DNA of 63,912 bases, filler included, from Folioceros fuciformis (lineage: Eukaryota): the NCBI GenBank assembly GCA_049999805.1. It is 13 parts of 13 records of this genome, joined end to end, with 100 filler letters (N's around TTAATTAATTAA, not from the genome) between each part and the next. Parts side by side here need not be neighbours in the genome. Positions count along the whole stretch, not along the records: positions 22,889 to 36,983 come from JBNGIO010001322.1; positions 37,084 to 45,641 come from JBNGIO010001323.1; positions 45,742 to 49,535 come from JBNGIO010001324.1; positions 49,636 to 51,377 come from JBNGIO010001325.1; 9 more parts are not named here. The stretch is one strand, 5' to 3'. This document shows, piece after piece, positions 36,500-50,350 of the stretch. How positions within the stretch are numbered: the stretch's first letter is position 1; each line of letters begins with the position of its first letter. A program made the translations under genes and the position numbers. Under the pieces are notes generated by a model. That model was not told the origin of the DNA. It worked only from the letters and a program-made list of their open reading frames with translations, and ran no database searches.

Positions 36500-39400
36500 C
36501 CAACAGGTTTTGCCTAAACAGCTGGTGTTGGCAGGGCCGTCTGGGTTGGTAGGAAGGCAAATGGTAGGAAGGCTGGGGCGGCAAGCTGGTTGGCAAGGCG
36601 TTGGCTACAGGCAAGGGATCTAGGCGGTTCCACCTTTCCCCCTAAATAGCGGGCTGGTTGCCCGATGCTGTTCAACAGGTCCGATCTGGAAGTCTGGCCG
36701 GGGAAGCTAGCGAAGGAAGTACCAAGGCCTTCCAGCCTCACCTGAAAATTCGGGAGCTAGAAGTAGGGAGGATTGAGAGGCTGCGAATAGTTGTGATGGT
36801 GACCCAGTTGGAGGCACTGCTGTGTGCATGGGAGGGTAGTGCGCGGAAGGGCGTAGCGTCAATAGGGGCGATTTCTAGGTACTGGGTATAGGCTGAACAA
36901 GGCACGGATTGATGACCTTCCTGCAGAAGCCGGGGAATGCCTATGGGTCGCCGGGGTTGAAGGGGAAACAATATCATGGATGGNNNNNNNNNNNNNNNNN
37001 NNNNNNNNNNNNNNNNNNNNNNNNNNNTTAATTAATTAANNNNNNNNNNNNNNNNNNNNNNNNNNNNNNNNNNNNNNNNNNNNTGCTTAGGGTGTCCAGA
37101 TGTGTGCGGAGTTGCCTGAGCGGCCAGGCAGGGCACAATGACGAGACAAGCCTCTGGAGAGTCGGGGCATGCTCGATCAGGGGTAGGGTAGAACGGGGCT
37201 CGGAGCGGACGCTGTCTACGTTGTCAAAGCCTAAGCACGAGCTGGGAAGGTAGCAGGACGGGATGTCCGGGCTGATGCGGTAGGGCATCAGCCGAAGCCG
37301 ATGACTAGTAGAAAAGGGACGCCGGCACCAGGCCAGGCGAGCTGCGAGGGGTCCAGCAGTTTGGCCGGCTGGCTGGACTGTGGCCAGCCGGTGGGCTAGC
37401 TGCACCATGACCGAAGTGGCATAGGGGGTTGGCCAGGCTGTAGGCAGGCATGGGGCAGCCAGTGCGTCGGCTGATGGCAAGTGACGGGCTGCTGAGGAGT
37501 CTCAACAGCAGCGAACCTGGGCCGGTTGCATGTAGGCAATAGGCGGGTTAGCAAGCTGGCCACCCGGACGGGTCCAGGAGGGCAGGTGGCGCTGGTTGGC
37601 TGTAGTGACCGATTGAAATGCGGCAGAAGTAGCACAAGGTTGGATTCCGGCTGGCTTACCAGCCAGCAGACCGGCCAGGCGGGGCGTAGTCGGCCTGGTT
37701 GGGCGCTGGAGGCTGGTTGCCTAGGCAGCTGGCAGCAGCTACTGAGGAGTAGGCCGCTCGGCAGGCACCTGGCAAGTGGCTGGGCCAGCAAAGGCCCGGC
37801 TACTTAGGAGCAACTAGGCTTGCGGGCTGCCTGCAAGCAGAGGGGTAGCCAGGGCGTGCACGCGGCCTGGTAGGTGGCTGGCCCACAGGCGGCCGGCTGT
37901 TGAGGAGTAGCCACACCTTGCACGCGGCCTGGCAGGGGGCCGGCCAGCAGAGGTTGGCTTGCAGGCTGGCTGCGGCTGGTCTAGCCTGGCGCGGGAAGGC
38001 AGCCTGCAGGTGACCTGCTGCTGGATCTAGGCCAGGCGGGTGGTGATTTGGTCTAGGCAGGCGGGCTACGCAGGCCATCGGGGTGGATCTGGGTAGGCGG
38101 CCTAGCTAGTCAGAGGGCAGGCTTGCTGCAAGCGAAGGGAAGGTGGGCTGGATCGCGATTAGGGGGCAAGATGATCGCAATGGCTAGGTCTATTGAAGGT
38201 CCCAATCGGGGGCAGGCCTCTCCGGCGGGCTGTGGCAAGCTGAGGTAGATCCATGGCAACAGGTTGCAAGGTGCAAGGCAGCAGGCAGGCTGAGCCGGAT
38301 CCAGTCAGAACAAGGCGGCTGGTGGGCTGCGGGCTGATCCAAGGTAGGTAGGCTGGCAAGCCGGATCCCAGCCGCTGCAAGGGACGCGCATCCTGGCAGC
38401 TGGCTAGAGCGTGGCCAGGCCTACAAGGCGGGGAGTAAGGTGCTGCCCTCAAAAGATGGCCGGGGCCGGATCCGGGAGCTAGGCAGCGGCCTAGCTGTAG
38501 GATCCCAAGCAATAGATGGCAACTAGGCTGGCGACTGGCTGGGGTGGATCTTGGCAGGCGGGCATGGCTAGCTGCAGTAGCAGATCGGTCTGCAAGTTGG
38601 CAGGCGAACCTGTATGCAGATTCGGCCTGGCTGTAGGATCCCAAGCAGTAGATGTAGGATCACTAGAGGAGCATGGTGGAGGAGAGGAGAAGAGGAGGCA
38701 GAGAGGAGAGGAGAAAAAGAGGTCACATTGAGAGTGGTTGGCAAGGGAGCTCAAGGGGGTATTTATACCCTCTAGAAGAGCTCCCTAGGAAGCTTCACAA
38801 GAAGCTCATAGGAAACTGCGCAAGAAGCTTCCTACAGATTAGCTTAAGCTAATCTAAACTAATGATACTTAACGAGACACTAATCTTAGACTAAACACAT
38901 TAGTCTAAGCACATTGGGCTTTAATAACCCTATAGTAGATGGCAACTAGGCTGGCGGCTGGCTGGGGTGGATCGTGGCAGGCGGGCATGGCTGGCTGCGG
39001 TAGCAGATCGGTCTGCAGGCTGGCAGGCAAACCTGCAGGCAGATTCGGCTAGGCAGTCGCCGGGCGCAAGCCGGCTGGCTGGAGGAAATCCTAGCTGGCA
39101 GGGCAAGGTGTAGGGGGCGCTGCCAAAGCTAGGTACCCACCTGGCGGCTGGCGATGGGATGAGCGGGGTCTAGGTGGGCTAGTTGCCTAGCTAGATCCGG
39201 AAGGTGGAAGGCCGGCGTGCGGCCTCTAGGCAGGTTGGTCGCGGCTAGGCCAGATAGGGGGAAGCTTAGCAGGGCTGGCTGGCCGCATGCAGCCCAAGTC
39301 GTCATTATGTGGACCGGCCCGGCAACAGCCGGCCCCACAAATCGGTTTGCAGGTTGGCGGGTTGGATTTAGCCAGCCAGGGGACTAGCCTGGCTGCAGTT

Positions 39401-40650
39401 GGAGGTGGCCAGGCAGATAGCCCAAGAGCTAGTAGGGTCCAGGCGTTGGCCGGCTGGGCAAGCAGCCAGAGGTGGCATTGGATCCAGGCCAGATGGGCCT
39501 CGGGCTGATCCAAGCGGTGATGGCTGGCAGGTGAGACTTAGGCAGATCAAGGTGGCCGGCAGGCCAAGGAGATCCTGGCCGAGGGGGAGTCCGGGCCGGG
39601 AGGGATCCTAGCGGGTGGCGGGCTACTGAAGAGCTTAGGCAGCAGCTGAGCCTAGCCCGACTGTTGGGAAGCAGGCAGCCGGTAGCGGGAGTCGGCCTGG
39701 CTGCTTGGCAAGTAGATCCTGGAGCCAGGCAGGCAGCCCAGCACCAGCGGCCAGCCCAGCCCGGTCCGGTTGCTAGCAGGCAGGCCGGCTTGCAAGCGCC
39801 TAGACTAGTCAGCAACAGGTCGGCAGAGCCAGGTCGAAGCTAGGAGCAGGCCAAGCAGGCTAGATGGATCGCAACCAAGCAGTAGGCGGGGCGGATGCAG
39901 GCTCATCGGGACCAGGGTTGGATATGAAGGCTAGCAAGCGTCCTAGCAGTAGGATCCCACGCAGCAGCTAGCTGGGTGAGATCATGGCAGGTAGCCGGGT
40001 AGGCCAGGCGGGCGGCCGCCAAGGTCGAAGATAGGACACTCTAGGCTGTGGCAGATGGCAGTGGAGTCCAGGCAAGTAGCGGCCTGCTAGTCGGCTGGGC
40101 AGAACTGGTTAGGCGGGTGCCAGGATCAGTCTAGCAGGCTGGATCGTGGTGGTTGGTTGGCCGGATCTGGCCAGGCATCTAGCAGGCGGCCTCCGGGCAA
40201 GCGGCCCGGCTGCTAGGCTAGCCAGTCTGGTTGGGTGGCTCGGAAGGTTGGAGGTAAGCAGCCGAGGCCGGATCGGGGAGCCGGCAGGCGGCACAGCAGC
40301 TGCCGGATCCAGGCAAGGTGGGTAGCGACTGGAGTCTAGCAGACAAGGAGGCGGCTGACCTGACCGGCGGGCTGTGGGAGGTCGAGGTGGATCAGGCGAG
40401 GTGTGCGTGGGTGGAGGCCGGATCGCCAAGACATACTGAGCATTCGAGTAGGGAGGCAAGCCAAATTGACAGGGCCCAGACGGGTTGGTGGGCAAGCAGA
40501 TGGTAGGAAGGCCGGGATGGCAAGCTGGCTAGCGATGGCAGCTACGAGCAAGCACAGGCGTTCGGCAGACGGCCAGGTCCAAAGGCAGGTGATGGCAAAG
40601 GCTTTGATAGCGCTGTGGAGGGGTGCTGAATCAGGATAGTGCAAAGCAGG
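36500..40650. repeat. GC-rich, strand-biased degenerate repeat tract (ggctgg/ggcagg/ctagc), probably TE-derived
   Basis: Low-complexity, G-rich + strand; internal tandem duplication of about 136 bp at 38495-39060; no coherent protein. Confidence 0.6.
38653..38934 (-). mobile_element. Solo LTR (282 bp) with perfect 5-bp TSD GTAGA
   Basis: Reverse complement of 24945-25228; GTAGA at 38648-38652 and 38935-38939. Confidence 0.9.
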
Positions 40651-43600
40651 GGCTAGTGTCTAGGGAAGAATACGGGCCCCATGGTAGCGATGTGTGCAGC
40701 CGGATGGGGGGGGCCATATGCATCGGTAAGACGCGCCTTCAACCATCAGCGGTTCAGGCACCATGCAATTCTTGGACACACTGCAGAGATACTTTCCGGA
40801 TCTGGAGAATAAGCAGCAGTGGAAGTGTCGGCCGGTGTGGTGTTCCTAGTGCCCTCGCTGAAGGAGGGGAAGCAGCCTGGGGACTGTGGGGTTGGTTCAT
40901 TGCACCAGTGAGCATTTTTCGGATCATCTTGGTGCACTAGAAATTGTTCGTGTTAGCTTGCAGTCCAAGGGGAAGCCAATAGGGGGTGTTCTGAGTGACA
41001 CCCCAAGGATGACAGGCCTTCCTAGCAATTTGAGGGAATGGAGCATTCCACCCTATGATCCTACGGCTTGGGGAGAAGGATTGGTCAATTTTGAAGATGT
41101 GACCACAATACTGGAAGAAGGGGAGGTCCGAGGGGTCTAAGCAAGTTAAGGGCAGTTTTGAGAGGCACTGATGATTGTTGGTAGGGGCAACTAGCGGTGT
41201 CCAAGGGGTAGCGGGAAATTAGGGTTAGGATTAGATTAGAGTTCGGCTCGCCTTAGGTCGGGGTTAGGATTAGGTCAGATTAAGGTTAGGTGAGAGTTAG
41301 GGTTAGGATTAGGTCAGAGCTAGGTTTAGTTTAGAGTTAGGTTTAGGTCAGAGTTAGGGGTAGCTTAGGTCGGAGAGAGACTGCTGGGCAGTTCACTAAG
41401 GCTAACCCTAGTAGACAGAGATGGAGGTTTGGGCCAAGGTAGTATAAGAGGCCAGACCAGCCATTGAGAAGGGAGTAGTCTTACGGTGTGATTCCCCTTG
41501 ACCTTGTGTGCAGGCTACCGGATTAGAGTGCTGATCCGGTGTGAGATTGAACCAAGGGCTTGATCCCCCTTGCCATTAGGGGGATGTAGTGGATCCCTAG
41601 ACTACGAGATCCGTGTGGTCGTATCCGCAATGGTTAACCGCTTTGCATGCATGCTGGCTGAGGTGAGGTTGCGGGCCGTGAGCCAAGGAGGCTATCCAGC
41701 CCTCGTCCACACACCTTTACCTTGAAGGCTGCAAGGGGAAAGGCTGTTGTGTCCCAAATTCCAGGAGTGAAGGGTTGAGTTGCAGATTTTGGGAGTTGAA
41801 GTGTTGAAGTGAGGAGTTGAGTTGAAGTGAAGTGCTAAGGCTGAAGTGAGGAGTCGGAGTGCTGGAGATGAGGTGCTGAAGTTGATGTGAGGAGCTGGAG
41901 CTGAAGTTGAGGTTCTCGTTCAGCTGCTGAGGTAGCTAGCACTAGGTGCTAAGAGTTGGAGGCCGGTGGGTGCTGGAGTCTCCTTTCAACTACAGAGGTG
42001 GCCGAAGCTTGGAGTTGAGAGTGGAGGCCGAGGTTGGAGCCGAAGCTTCCTCTCAACCGGCAAGAGGGCTAGGACTTGGAGCTAAGAGTTGGAGGCCGGA
42101 CCTGGGGCATGAGTCTCCTTTCAGCCACTGAGGTGACTGGTACTTGGAGCTGGGAACGGGGGCTGAAGATGATGCTGGAGTTCTCATTCACTTGATGCTA
42201 TGATTGATGTTGTGGTAGGAGTTGAAGATAGGTCTGGGGATTTTGACCTATTGCTGTAGCACTAGGTATCGGTTGATAGATAGGATCAGATTAGGGAATT
42301 GTAGGTAACCTTGACACTAGTTCACTCCCTTGGGAGCGGATCATAGGACTGCAACGATAATAAGGGGAAATGTGGCCCTGTTGGTGGTTCTTGGGTGTAA
42401 GAATCGCTCCACAATGAGCCCTGAGCAGTAGCCATGGGAATGTGAGGAGGAGCAGTGTAGATGCTAAAAATTATAGACCCAAAATTTGGAGTGATATTAC
42501 TTGGTCCAAAATTCCATTCTAGCACGGAGTGCCCAAGTTTTCTTCTTCAAAAGATAGTGAGAGTCTGACATGGCAAACGGACTATAGTAATCCTCTGGAC
42601 TAGATCCGCTGTGTTGGCGGACCACGTCAGGTCCATTGTGCTATCAGACTGGTCCGCCACTTTGATAAGACAAGAAGTCTAGACCAGAGGCTAAGCTGTT
42701 CATTGGACCTTGCTTTGGATGCTACTCTATGGACTCCGAGCATCGAAAGAGTCGATCATGGAACGGACCAACGACCCACCCTCCGGAGTACAAAAATTCT
42801 GGTTGAATTAATTGAACTCTTGCCACGCCAAGCTCACACGACGAGGATGGGAGATCGGATTCCCCAAGTTTGGCATTCACATATGCCTCGCTGACAAGAG
42901 AGGCAGCCAACATCCCTAGCAGACTTTCCTTGCACCTCCTCTACTGTCTTGCCCACTGAGTGGTTCATGGCAGGCCAACAACTTTTGCTTACGGCAAAGT
43001 AGCAAGTGGTTCTAGCGTAGGCCCAAAGAAGTGCATGGCAGTAGGTATTCTCCTCCGCATCCCCCTTCCCCCACCCTAAGCCCGACCTTCTTAGATTGGA
43101 ACTGGCACACTACTATCTCTCCGAATCCGACCTCGGCGTACCTCTTGGACATGCTCGCTGATGAAGGACTGGTAAAAAATTTCATGGTAACAAACCTCCT
43201 TGCGTACTGGGTGATACACAACAAGCTAGCGGACATGATTGGTGGCATGGCCTTCCAGCTGGACCTAGCCACCATAGGGATTCCCATAGCCCCGGTTCAA
43301 AGTTTGGAGGTGGAGGAATGGATCTTGTCCTTGCTGAGCCCACCTTGAGGAATGGAGGAATCAACAACAACTGTAGCGGCGGCCGCGTCTCCTTCTCTAT
43401 GTTTGCGATTGGTGTTAGCGGAGGGGGGAGCTCTTGCTAGAGTACGAGGAGGACGCATAGGGTGTGGTGTCCGCCAAGTGGATTTGTGGCCACCCAGGAT
43501 GCGCTGCTGGAGTGTGGAGTCCACATGGTGAAAGGATCCCCTAGAAAGATGGTAGTGTTTTTTTTTTTTAGGTTTTGGTTGAATTTTATGAGGAAGTAGT

Positions 43601-45640
43601 TAGGAAATTAGGCTAGGTAGGTCGCTTAGGACCGGGGTAGTGATTGTGGGCGAGAGGTGAATGGCTAGGTTGTTCTTGTGGCTTGGGTGTGCATGAAACC
43701 CTAGGGCTGTGCGGGTGAAGGCGAGCCGAGGTTTTCCTAGGAGGTGCTAGTGGTTCTTCTAGGGACGAAGAGAGACCGTGGGGCAGGGGCCTCAGTGCGG
43801 GGAAGGCTGGGTGCATACAACTTGGATCTGGTAGGGCCATTGGTGGACCGGATACTGCGAGCAAGCATGACTCATTACTATTACGGCATGGATTTGTTGG
43901 GCCTGGCCGAGATCCTGCCACATTCAAGCAGCTAAGAGGAAAGGAAGTCATGAACGGCCGCTAGGCCATGCTCGAGGTTGTAGGGCGCTTGTGACTCGAG
44001 ACGCTGCAGCCTGGTGATGGCAGGGTTTGGTTCATTGCTGCCAACGAGCATTTTTGCGAGTCATCCTGGTGCGCTGGAAGTGGGATTTCTTTTGTTCCTG
44101 GTAACAGCTGAGCTTGGGAGAGCGTGGGAATTGAGGGCCTGGACGGGACTCATCGGAGAAGAAGGTGGATGACCAAGTGGAGAAACCCTTCAAGCCTACA
44201 GAGCGGATCAATGGTTTCCAAGGTGTGAAGGATAAGGGTTCGTTGAAGGGCAGACCTGATACCAGCTTGAAGAAGGTGTAGGATGACTGGTGGGAGAAGA
44301 TGAAGTAATTGCAGGGGAGACTAGTTAGGGGGGAACTAGATTGGTTAGGGGGGAACTAGTAATGAGTTCCAAAAGGCCAACTCGCAATTTCTCATTGGCC
44401 AAAGTTAGGGTTAGGTTCTTGGTGGGTGTGAGAAAGATTTGTGAGCGTTTGACTAATACTAGCCCTGGTAGGTGGTGATGGGGGGTTCTTGGCCAAGATA
44501 GTATAAGGGGCCAGCCCTGTCATTTGGGAGGGCCCAGCTGTGATTCCCCTTGCCTTGCGTGCATGCTCCTAGATTGGGATGCTGTTCTAGTGTGAGTGTG
44601 CTGCTTGGGCTTATCCCCTTGCCACCAAGGGGACATGGTGGATCCTTAGGCTGCCAAGTTCTATGTGGCCAGATTCGTAGTTGTTGATTCTTCTTGTATG
44701 TTGGTTGAGGTGCTTTGACGTCCTCGAGTGGGTTTCCAAGGTAAGGGTTGTTGGGTTGTGAGCCAAAGAGTCTATCCAGCCAAGACCTAACATCTTTGCC
44801 TTAAGGCTACAGGTGGGAAGGCTGCTGCTGTGTTGCAAATTCCAGGAACTGGAGGGTTGTGTTGCGAATTTTAGGGTGATGAAGCAAGGAGTTGAGGTTG
44901 AAGAGTTGAAGTTGTGAGCCTAGGGGTACTTTTTTAGTTGATAGGTAGGATCCGGTTAGCACGCTAGGGTAGTTTAGTTGACTGCCTTGGCACGAGATCA
45001 CTCCCTTGGTAACGGATCTCAGGAGTGCAATGATAAGAAGGGCTAGTGTGGATCTTTTGGTGATTCTTGGGTCTAGAGGGCGACTCCACACTCCCTCATT
45101 ATCTTCATCGTCCAGAGCGTAGGGTTGTCTTGGACCCTGGCTGCGACGGCCTTCCCACGAGCAAAAAGCTAGCAGGGTCTTCTCAAACTCCCTAATAGTG
45201 GCAAGTGAATTGATGACCAGGGAAAACTGGAAAACGCTGAGCTCCCACTACTCCATCAAGTCGCCGATTGCAGTAATCCAAGGTGCCAAGTTGGGATAGG
45301 GCCTGGTCTAGATGTGCTCGGCGCTTATCTTCCAGCGGTTGCTGATCTTCAAGAACTGCCCCCGCGACATGATGATGGCTTGGGAGGCGACGAGGGCAAA
45401 GATGAGGTCGCTATAACAGAGAGTAGGTGCGCAAATGAGAGGAGTGCAGAGAGTCAAAGTGGCGAAGAGTGAGGAGTGGGAAGCGGGAGGGAGGTTGAGG
45501 AACATGGAGCGTACCGGCCAACGTAAGCAGGAGTAAGGTAAGAGTAAGCACTTACGCTCCAACTTTGGTACACCTGCAACCGCCCGTGGCGGTTACGCCC
45601 CTCCATCTGCATCATGTCAGAGTACCTGTTCTTGATAGGA
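40650..45640 (-). mobile_element. Decayed, partly duplicated LINE-like (ORF1-like) fragments
   Basis: Internal duplications 41390-41800 vs 44455-44900, 42315-42415 vs 44995-45090 and 40890-40940 vs 44025-44075; weak ORF1/zinc-knuckle-like remnant at about 42520-42900. Confidence 0.4.
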
Positions 45641-46599
45641 TNNNNNNNNNNNNNNNNNNNNNNNNNNNNNNNNNNNNNNNNNNNNTTAATTAATTAANNN
45701 NNNNNNNNNNNNNNNNNNNNNNNNNNNNNNNNNNNNNNNNNATCATCCCAGATGTTTCTTAAATAACTGAAGTGACACCCCCAAGAGAAGGGAACGTGCT
45801 AAACTCACGTGCGATACCCTCAATTGCAGAATCCAACGGCTCTCACTCCTCCTCAACGCTCCATGAACGAAGAGTGGAGAACGAGGTGTCGGTGTGCAAA
45901 CTGCTTCCACGCTCCTGCCACCAACTTGGTCCGCAGACTCACCAATACTGAATTATGGGAGCACTGCTGAGGTTGCCTGCCTCCGAAGTGCTTGCAGGGG
46001 GGATTTCATCCGCCTAGAAAACAATGTAGGCGATGGTGGAGGAAGGAGTAGCTGTGCATACAAGGCCGGACCCTGGCCCGCAAAATAGTTGCCCGGCGCG
46101 CGCGGGAAAATGTCCATACCCGTAGATGCACCATTGTAGCAGTTGATGAAAGCACACGATGAACGGAGATGCGACGGGCTGACAATTCACGGCAAGGACA
46201 GGTGGTGAGCTACCCGGAGAAAGCCGGCAGCGACAACGCGTGACCAACATAGAAAAACGCACGGCGAAGGCCATGGCACGGCCAGATGGCCGCAGAAGCC
46301 CTTCGTCTTCCAGCGCCGCCCTACTTTACAGATGTACCTCCCACATTAACCATCCCTGTACTACACTTGTGTAGTTGAGCTGGTATTAGTACTTGCTACA
46401 GTCGGCCTGAGGAACTTGTAAATGGGACCTCCCGTCCTATACCCTTCACTTCATAGTGTAAAAGATGGGATACTTTTTAAAATAATGATTAGGCAATTTT
46501 AATATATGTATACGAATTTTAATTTCTTAAATGAGTTTTTTTTTCAAAGAAAAAAAAGATCGAATAGCACTATCCCATCCATCAAAAGGAAGGAAGGGG

Positions 46600-47910
46600 G
46601 CTTGGGGTGTTGGCCAAGGAGGTGTGATGCTACCACGTAGATGCGATGTGCTAGCTTGGTGAGGTAAGGCCCCCTCTTTCATTTCTTTGCCCACCTTGCA
46701 TGTTTATGCTTCTGAGGCCCAGTTGAGTAGGCTGCTGGTCATAAAGAAGCCTACTTGGGGGTATGAAGTGGGTTGTCCTTCAAGTTGATGTGGAGAACAC
46801 TTTCAACCTTCAATACTGTTTTTTTCAGTGTGCCATCTTTCACAAGCTCTAAAACAGCAAGGAGGTAGTTTGCCAAGCTAATTCCCTTTGTCTGCTCTGT
46901 TTGCCAAGCTAATTCCCTTTGTCTGCTCTTTTTATGGATGACCTTCTCGCCTAGCCTATATTGTTAACATGGGCCCTTGGTGAAATGGGTTTGATGTTTG
47001 ACTTAGTGATATGAGAATCCTTTAAGGGGTGCTTGTCTGCCATGGATATGTGTGTCCTTTTGTGGTAGACTATATCCATATTGTAAGGGTTGGAGACAAA
47101 GGTTAAGGCAATATTTGATTTCTTCACCTCAAACCTCTCTCATCTCACAAGGTCAATGAGAACAAGGTTTGGTCTGCTCCTAGCATAGGTCCTCCTCTTC
47201 ACTATCTAAAGAGAGATATTGCTTCTCCACAAGGTCTTTGGGTTTTGCATGTCCTAGTTGGGCCCTGTTCTCCATTGCTATGGAAGACCCATTTAGACAG
47301 CACCGTTGTACCTTGCTTAAGAACATCTATGTTCTCCATTGTTGTGGAAGGTGGGTTATTCCCATTTAGAGAGCACCCTTGTAGTAATTTACCTTGCTTG
47401 AGGACATGTTGTTCACCATTGCTATAGAATGTGGATTATTCCTATTTAGAGAGCACCCTTGTACCTTGCTTGATGAGGTTTCTCCTTGGTCTTACCTATT
47501 TTTGACCTAGAGAGAATGAATCTTTTATTGCAAATGTGGTTGTTATTAATCCAACTTGAGATGGTGAATACTTAGTTTAAGCCCTCAACCCTCTAGGATG
47601 GGCAGCAAAAAGTTGCTCAATGGCCAAGGTCCACAAATACTCTTCTCTACAAGACACCACACATTCATCCTCCTAACCATCACAACTTAAGGGACCATGA
47701 GCTAGGGTTTCACTAAGTTTGTCAATGCATGTGCCAAGGCCTATTACAAGTGCAAGAGTCTCATTAAGTTTGACGAGACATGTGCCAAGGCCTATCATAG
47801 CTACAAAACTATGGCTAGTCTTCGCCTTTCTTGCATGGTTCATATTTTTAGGTAGAGGATATGTGTTGTTATGGAGAGGGCATTGGCTAATGGTTTCCAT
47901 CTCTTCTGTT
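46600..47910 (+). mobile_element. CRE-like non-LTR retrotransposon remnant (RT plus restriction-like endonuclease), heavily deleted
   Basis: In order: KWVVLQVDVENTFN, AIFHKL, LIPFVCSFYG, PQGLWVLHVLVG, IANVVVINPT, GWAAKS..AK..KY, HTFILLTITT, *RICVVMERA; these resemble CRE-type motifs (DxxNAFN, GxxVLGxPxG, DVVIADP, FIPxAxET, SIALQR). Confidence 0.65.
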
Positions 47911-49635
47911 ATAGACTCCACAATCTTCTTCTGTACACATTCATAGACCAATAGCTTTTTTCATGCATACTGCAGACTTATTTATGGAAGCAAGTTCTGC
48001 ATCAGATACAAATGCATATACTACAAACTCTTCTTCATTGGTTAACTTCTTTGAGAACCCTTAGCACTCTAGAGTGATTCTTTGTGCATAGTGTGGAAGA
48101 AGAGTACATATATTATAGAGAATACATATAAAATGTTTTGGCCGTACATCTAAGGACAGACCTATGATGGTTTTCTTCTGATAACACATTATGCACAAAT
48201 AGTTTAAAGTGTAGGGTATGTAATTTTAGTGTTTCCCTTTGTAACAAAAATACATATCACGTTGGTATTATCATGTCCATATTGATTCTTAATACTATGC
48301 AACACACATAGTATAATACCAACGTGATATACTTTTCAATTATCTTTTCAATTACATATTTATAATATCTAGAGCTACATCTACAAAACAACGCTTTACC
48401 ATTGTATAGAAATATAATTGGATATTGTAGTAGGAATATAATTGAATAGAGAGATATAGTAAAATTTATTTGAAAAACAAGATGAGAAACCCATCTACCC
48501 TTAAACAGAAAAACAACCTCGAATAAAGGGACCTGACTAAAGAGCCTAGCCTTAAGCCACTATAATTGGATCAATCATTTAATTTTATCAAAATTAAACT
48601 ATAATTATTAAAAAAAATCAGACGAAAAACAATGTAGGTATATGATTGCTCTCACTTGGATAAAATTCCACCTCGTTATTAAAATATCACCTCTTGAAAT
48701 TATTTCACATGAGAATACATCTTATTTAAAAAACATAAATATCACACATGTATGTATATGAAGTTTCATTGGATCCATAAAAGCATAAATTTGGTAATAA
48801 TGAATGGTAAGATGAAAAAGGCATAAAAACTTTTTTTATGAGTTGGAAAGATAGCATCCGCTTTCTTTAGCTATCTTTTACTTCAATTTTTGTTTTAGTT
48901 TCAAGTGATCAATGATCCTTATTCAAAGGACACCCTAATCCCTTCATCATTTTGAAGATATTACATGAATGGCTTAATTTTGATCAACACAACTCTACAC
49001 ATGTTTTTTTAGTGAAATGTATCTTTGTCAAGATGAAGTAATTAAGAAAAATAACTTTTAAATTGTAGTTTTAGTCATAAATATTAAATTACGTAGAACC
49101 AATTCTCGTCATAAAGCACTTTGCATCACTTAATAACAAAGAAGAATAATCTTCTGCATAGGTCATTACATTTTTAGGTTGAAGGATAAATATGTTTCTC
49201 ATAAATTTGTTGTATAGTAAAACTCATTCACTTTGTATCCCCTTCTATGGAAAACCATTTCACCTGTCACGGCAAAAAGTACACAATGGATTTCACTCTA
49301 ATATATAGAAATATTGTATTACAGCGTTCTTAAATTCTTAAATTACAGCTTTTCAGTATTTATAAAAAGGATTTATTAAGTGGGTTTTCTTACTACACTT
49401 TGCTTTATAGTAATATTGGTGCATATTTTGTGGAGGTGTTACAAGATCCAACCATGATGATACTTGGATCTACCAAACATAGTTAATCAGAAATTATTTT
49501 TATATCATATTATATGTATACCTAAGTGCATTGTANNNNNNNNNNNNNNNNNNNNNNNNNNNNNNNNNNNNNNNNNNNNTTAATTAATTAANNNNNNNNN
49601 NNNNNNNNNNNNNNNNNNNNNNNNNNNNNNNNNNN

Positions 49636-50165
49636 AGGAAGGGGGAAAGGGAGAAAGGGGGAGGGGGATGGGGGCGGCCGCAACCCCTTCCTCTAGCCCT
49701 AGCTAGGGCACAGCCTCCATGACCGTTTAGGCCAGCCAGGCAATCAGCCAGCCTGACGTCAGACCTTGACCCCTAACACTGACATACCCCACATATTCCT
49801 GTTCCTATGTTCAAACCATTATTTAATTATTTAATATTATTTTAATATTATTTAATCATTTAATACTATAGATCTCTAATTAATAATAAACCAATCACCA
49901 GACCTAAACTCAAACTTTCCCAACCCTATGGTCCGGTACCGGACCTAAACTTTCCCAGGTCTGGGACCAAACCTATACCCACTCTAATAACCAAACTAAC
50001 TATTTACTGGTTAATTAACCTAATTAGCACAAAGAAAAATAGGAAAAATGGCCAGAAAATAAAGGAAATTTAGGAAAAATAAATAGAAAAAGAAAACCAA
50101 ACCACACCACTATTAACCCTTTTTCAACCAAAATAAACCACTACCCCAAACTTTGGAGGTTCACA
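49636..50165 (-). mobile_element. LTR-like end (TGTGAACCTCC...), partial; same family as 62937-63912
   Basis: About 530-bp reverse-complement match with 62937-63470, both starting at TGTG. Confidence 0.8.
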
Positions 50166-50350
50166 AGACACTATAAGGAGGACACTGTAAACAGTCAGGA
50201 TTTAGTTTCATCGCACTCCTCAAGCCATAGAAGTAGTGGTAGATACATAATAGAGGTGCATAAGAACTTACTGTAAAAAGTTATGAAGTTTCTATTCTCT
50301 CCACCCCACCTGAACCAGCTCTCTCTCACTATCGCTATTCCAGTAATGGT

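Noticed and set aside
37084-40650. Numerous Pro/Ala/Arg-rich ORFs
   Set aside because: Expected by chance in a GC-rich degenerate repeat; no motif
41219-41370. TTAGGG-like run suggesting an interstitial telomere
   Set aside because: Highly degenerate hexamers, not plant TTTAGGG; embedded in a TE-like low-complexity segment
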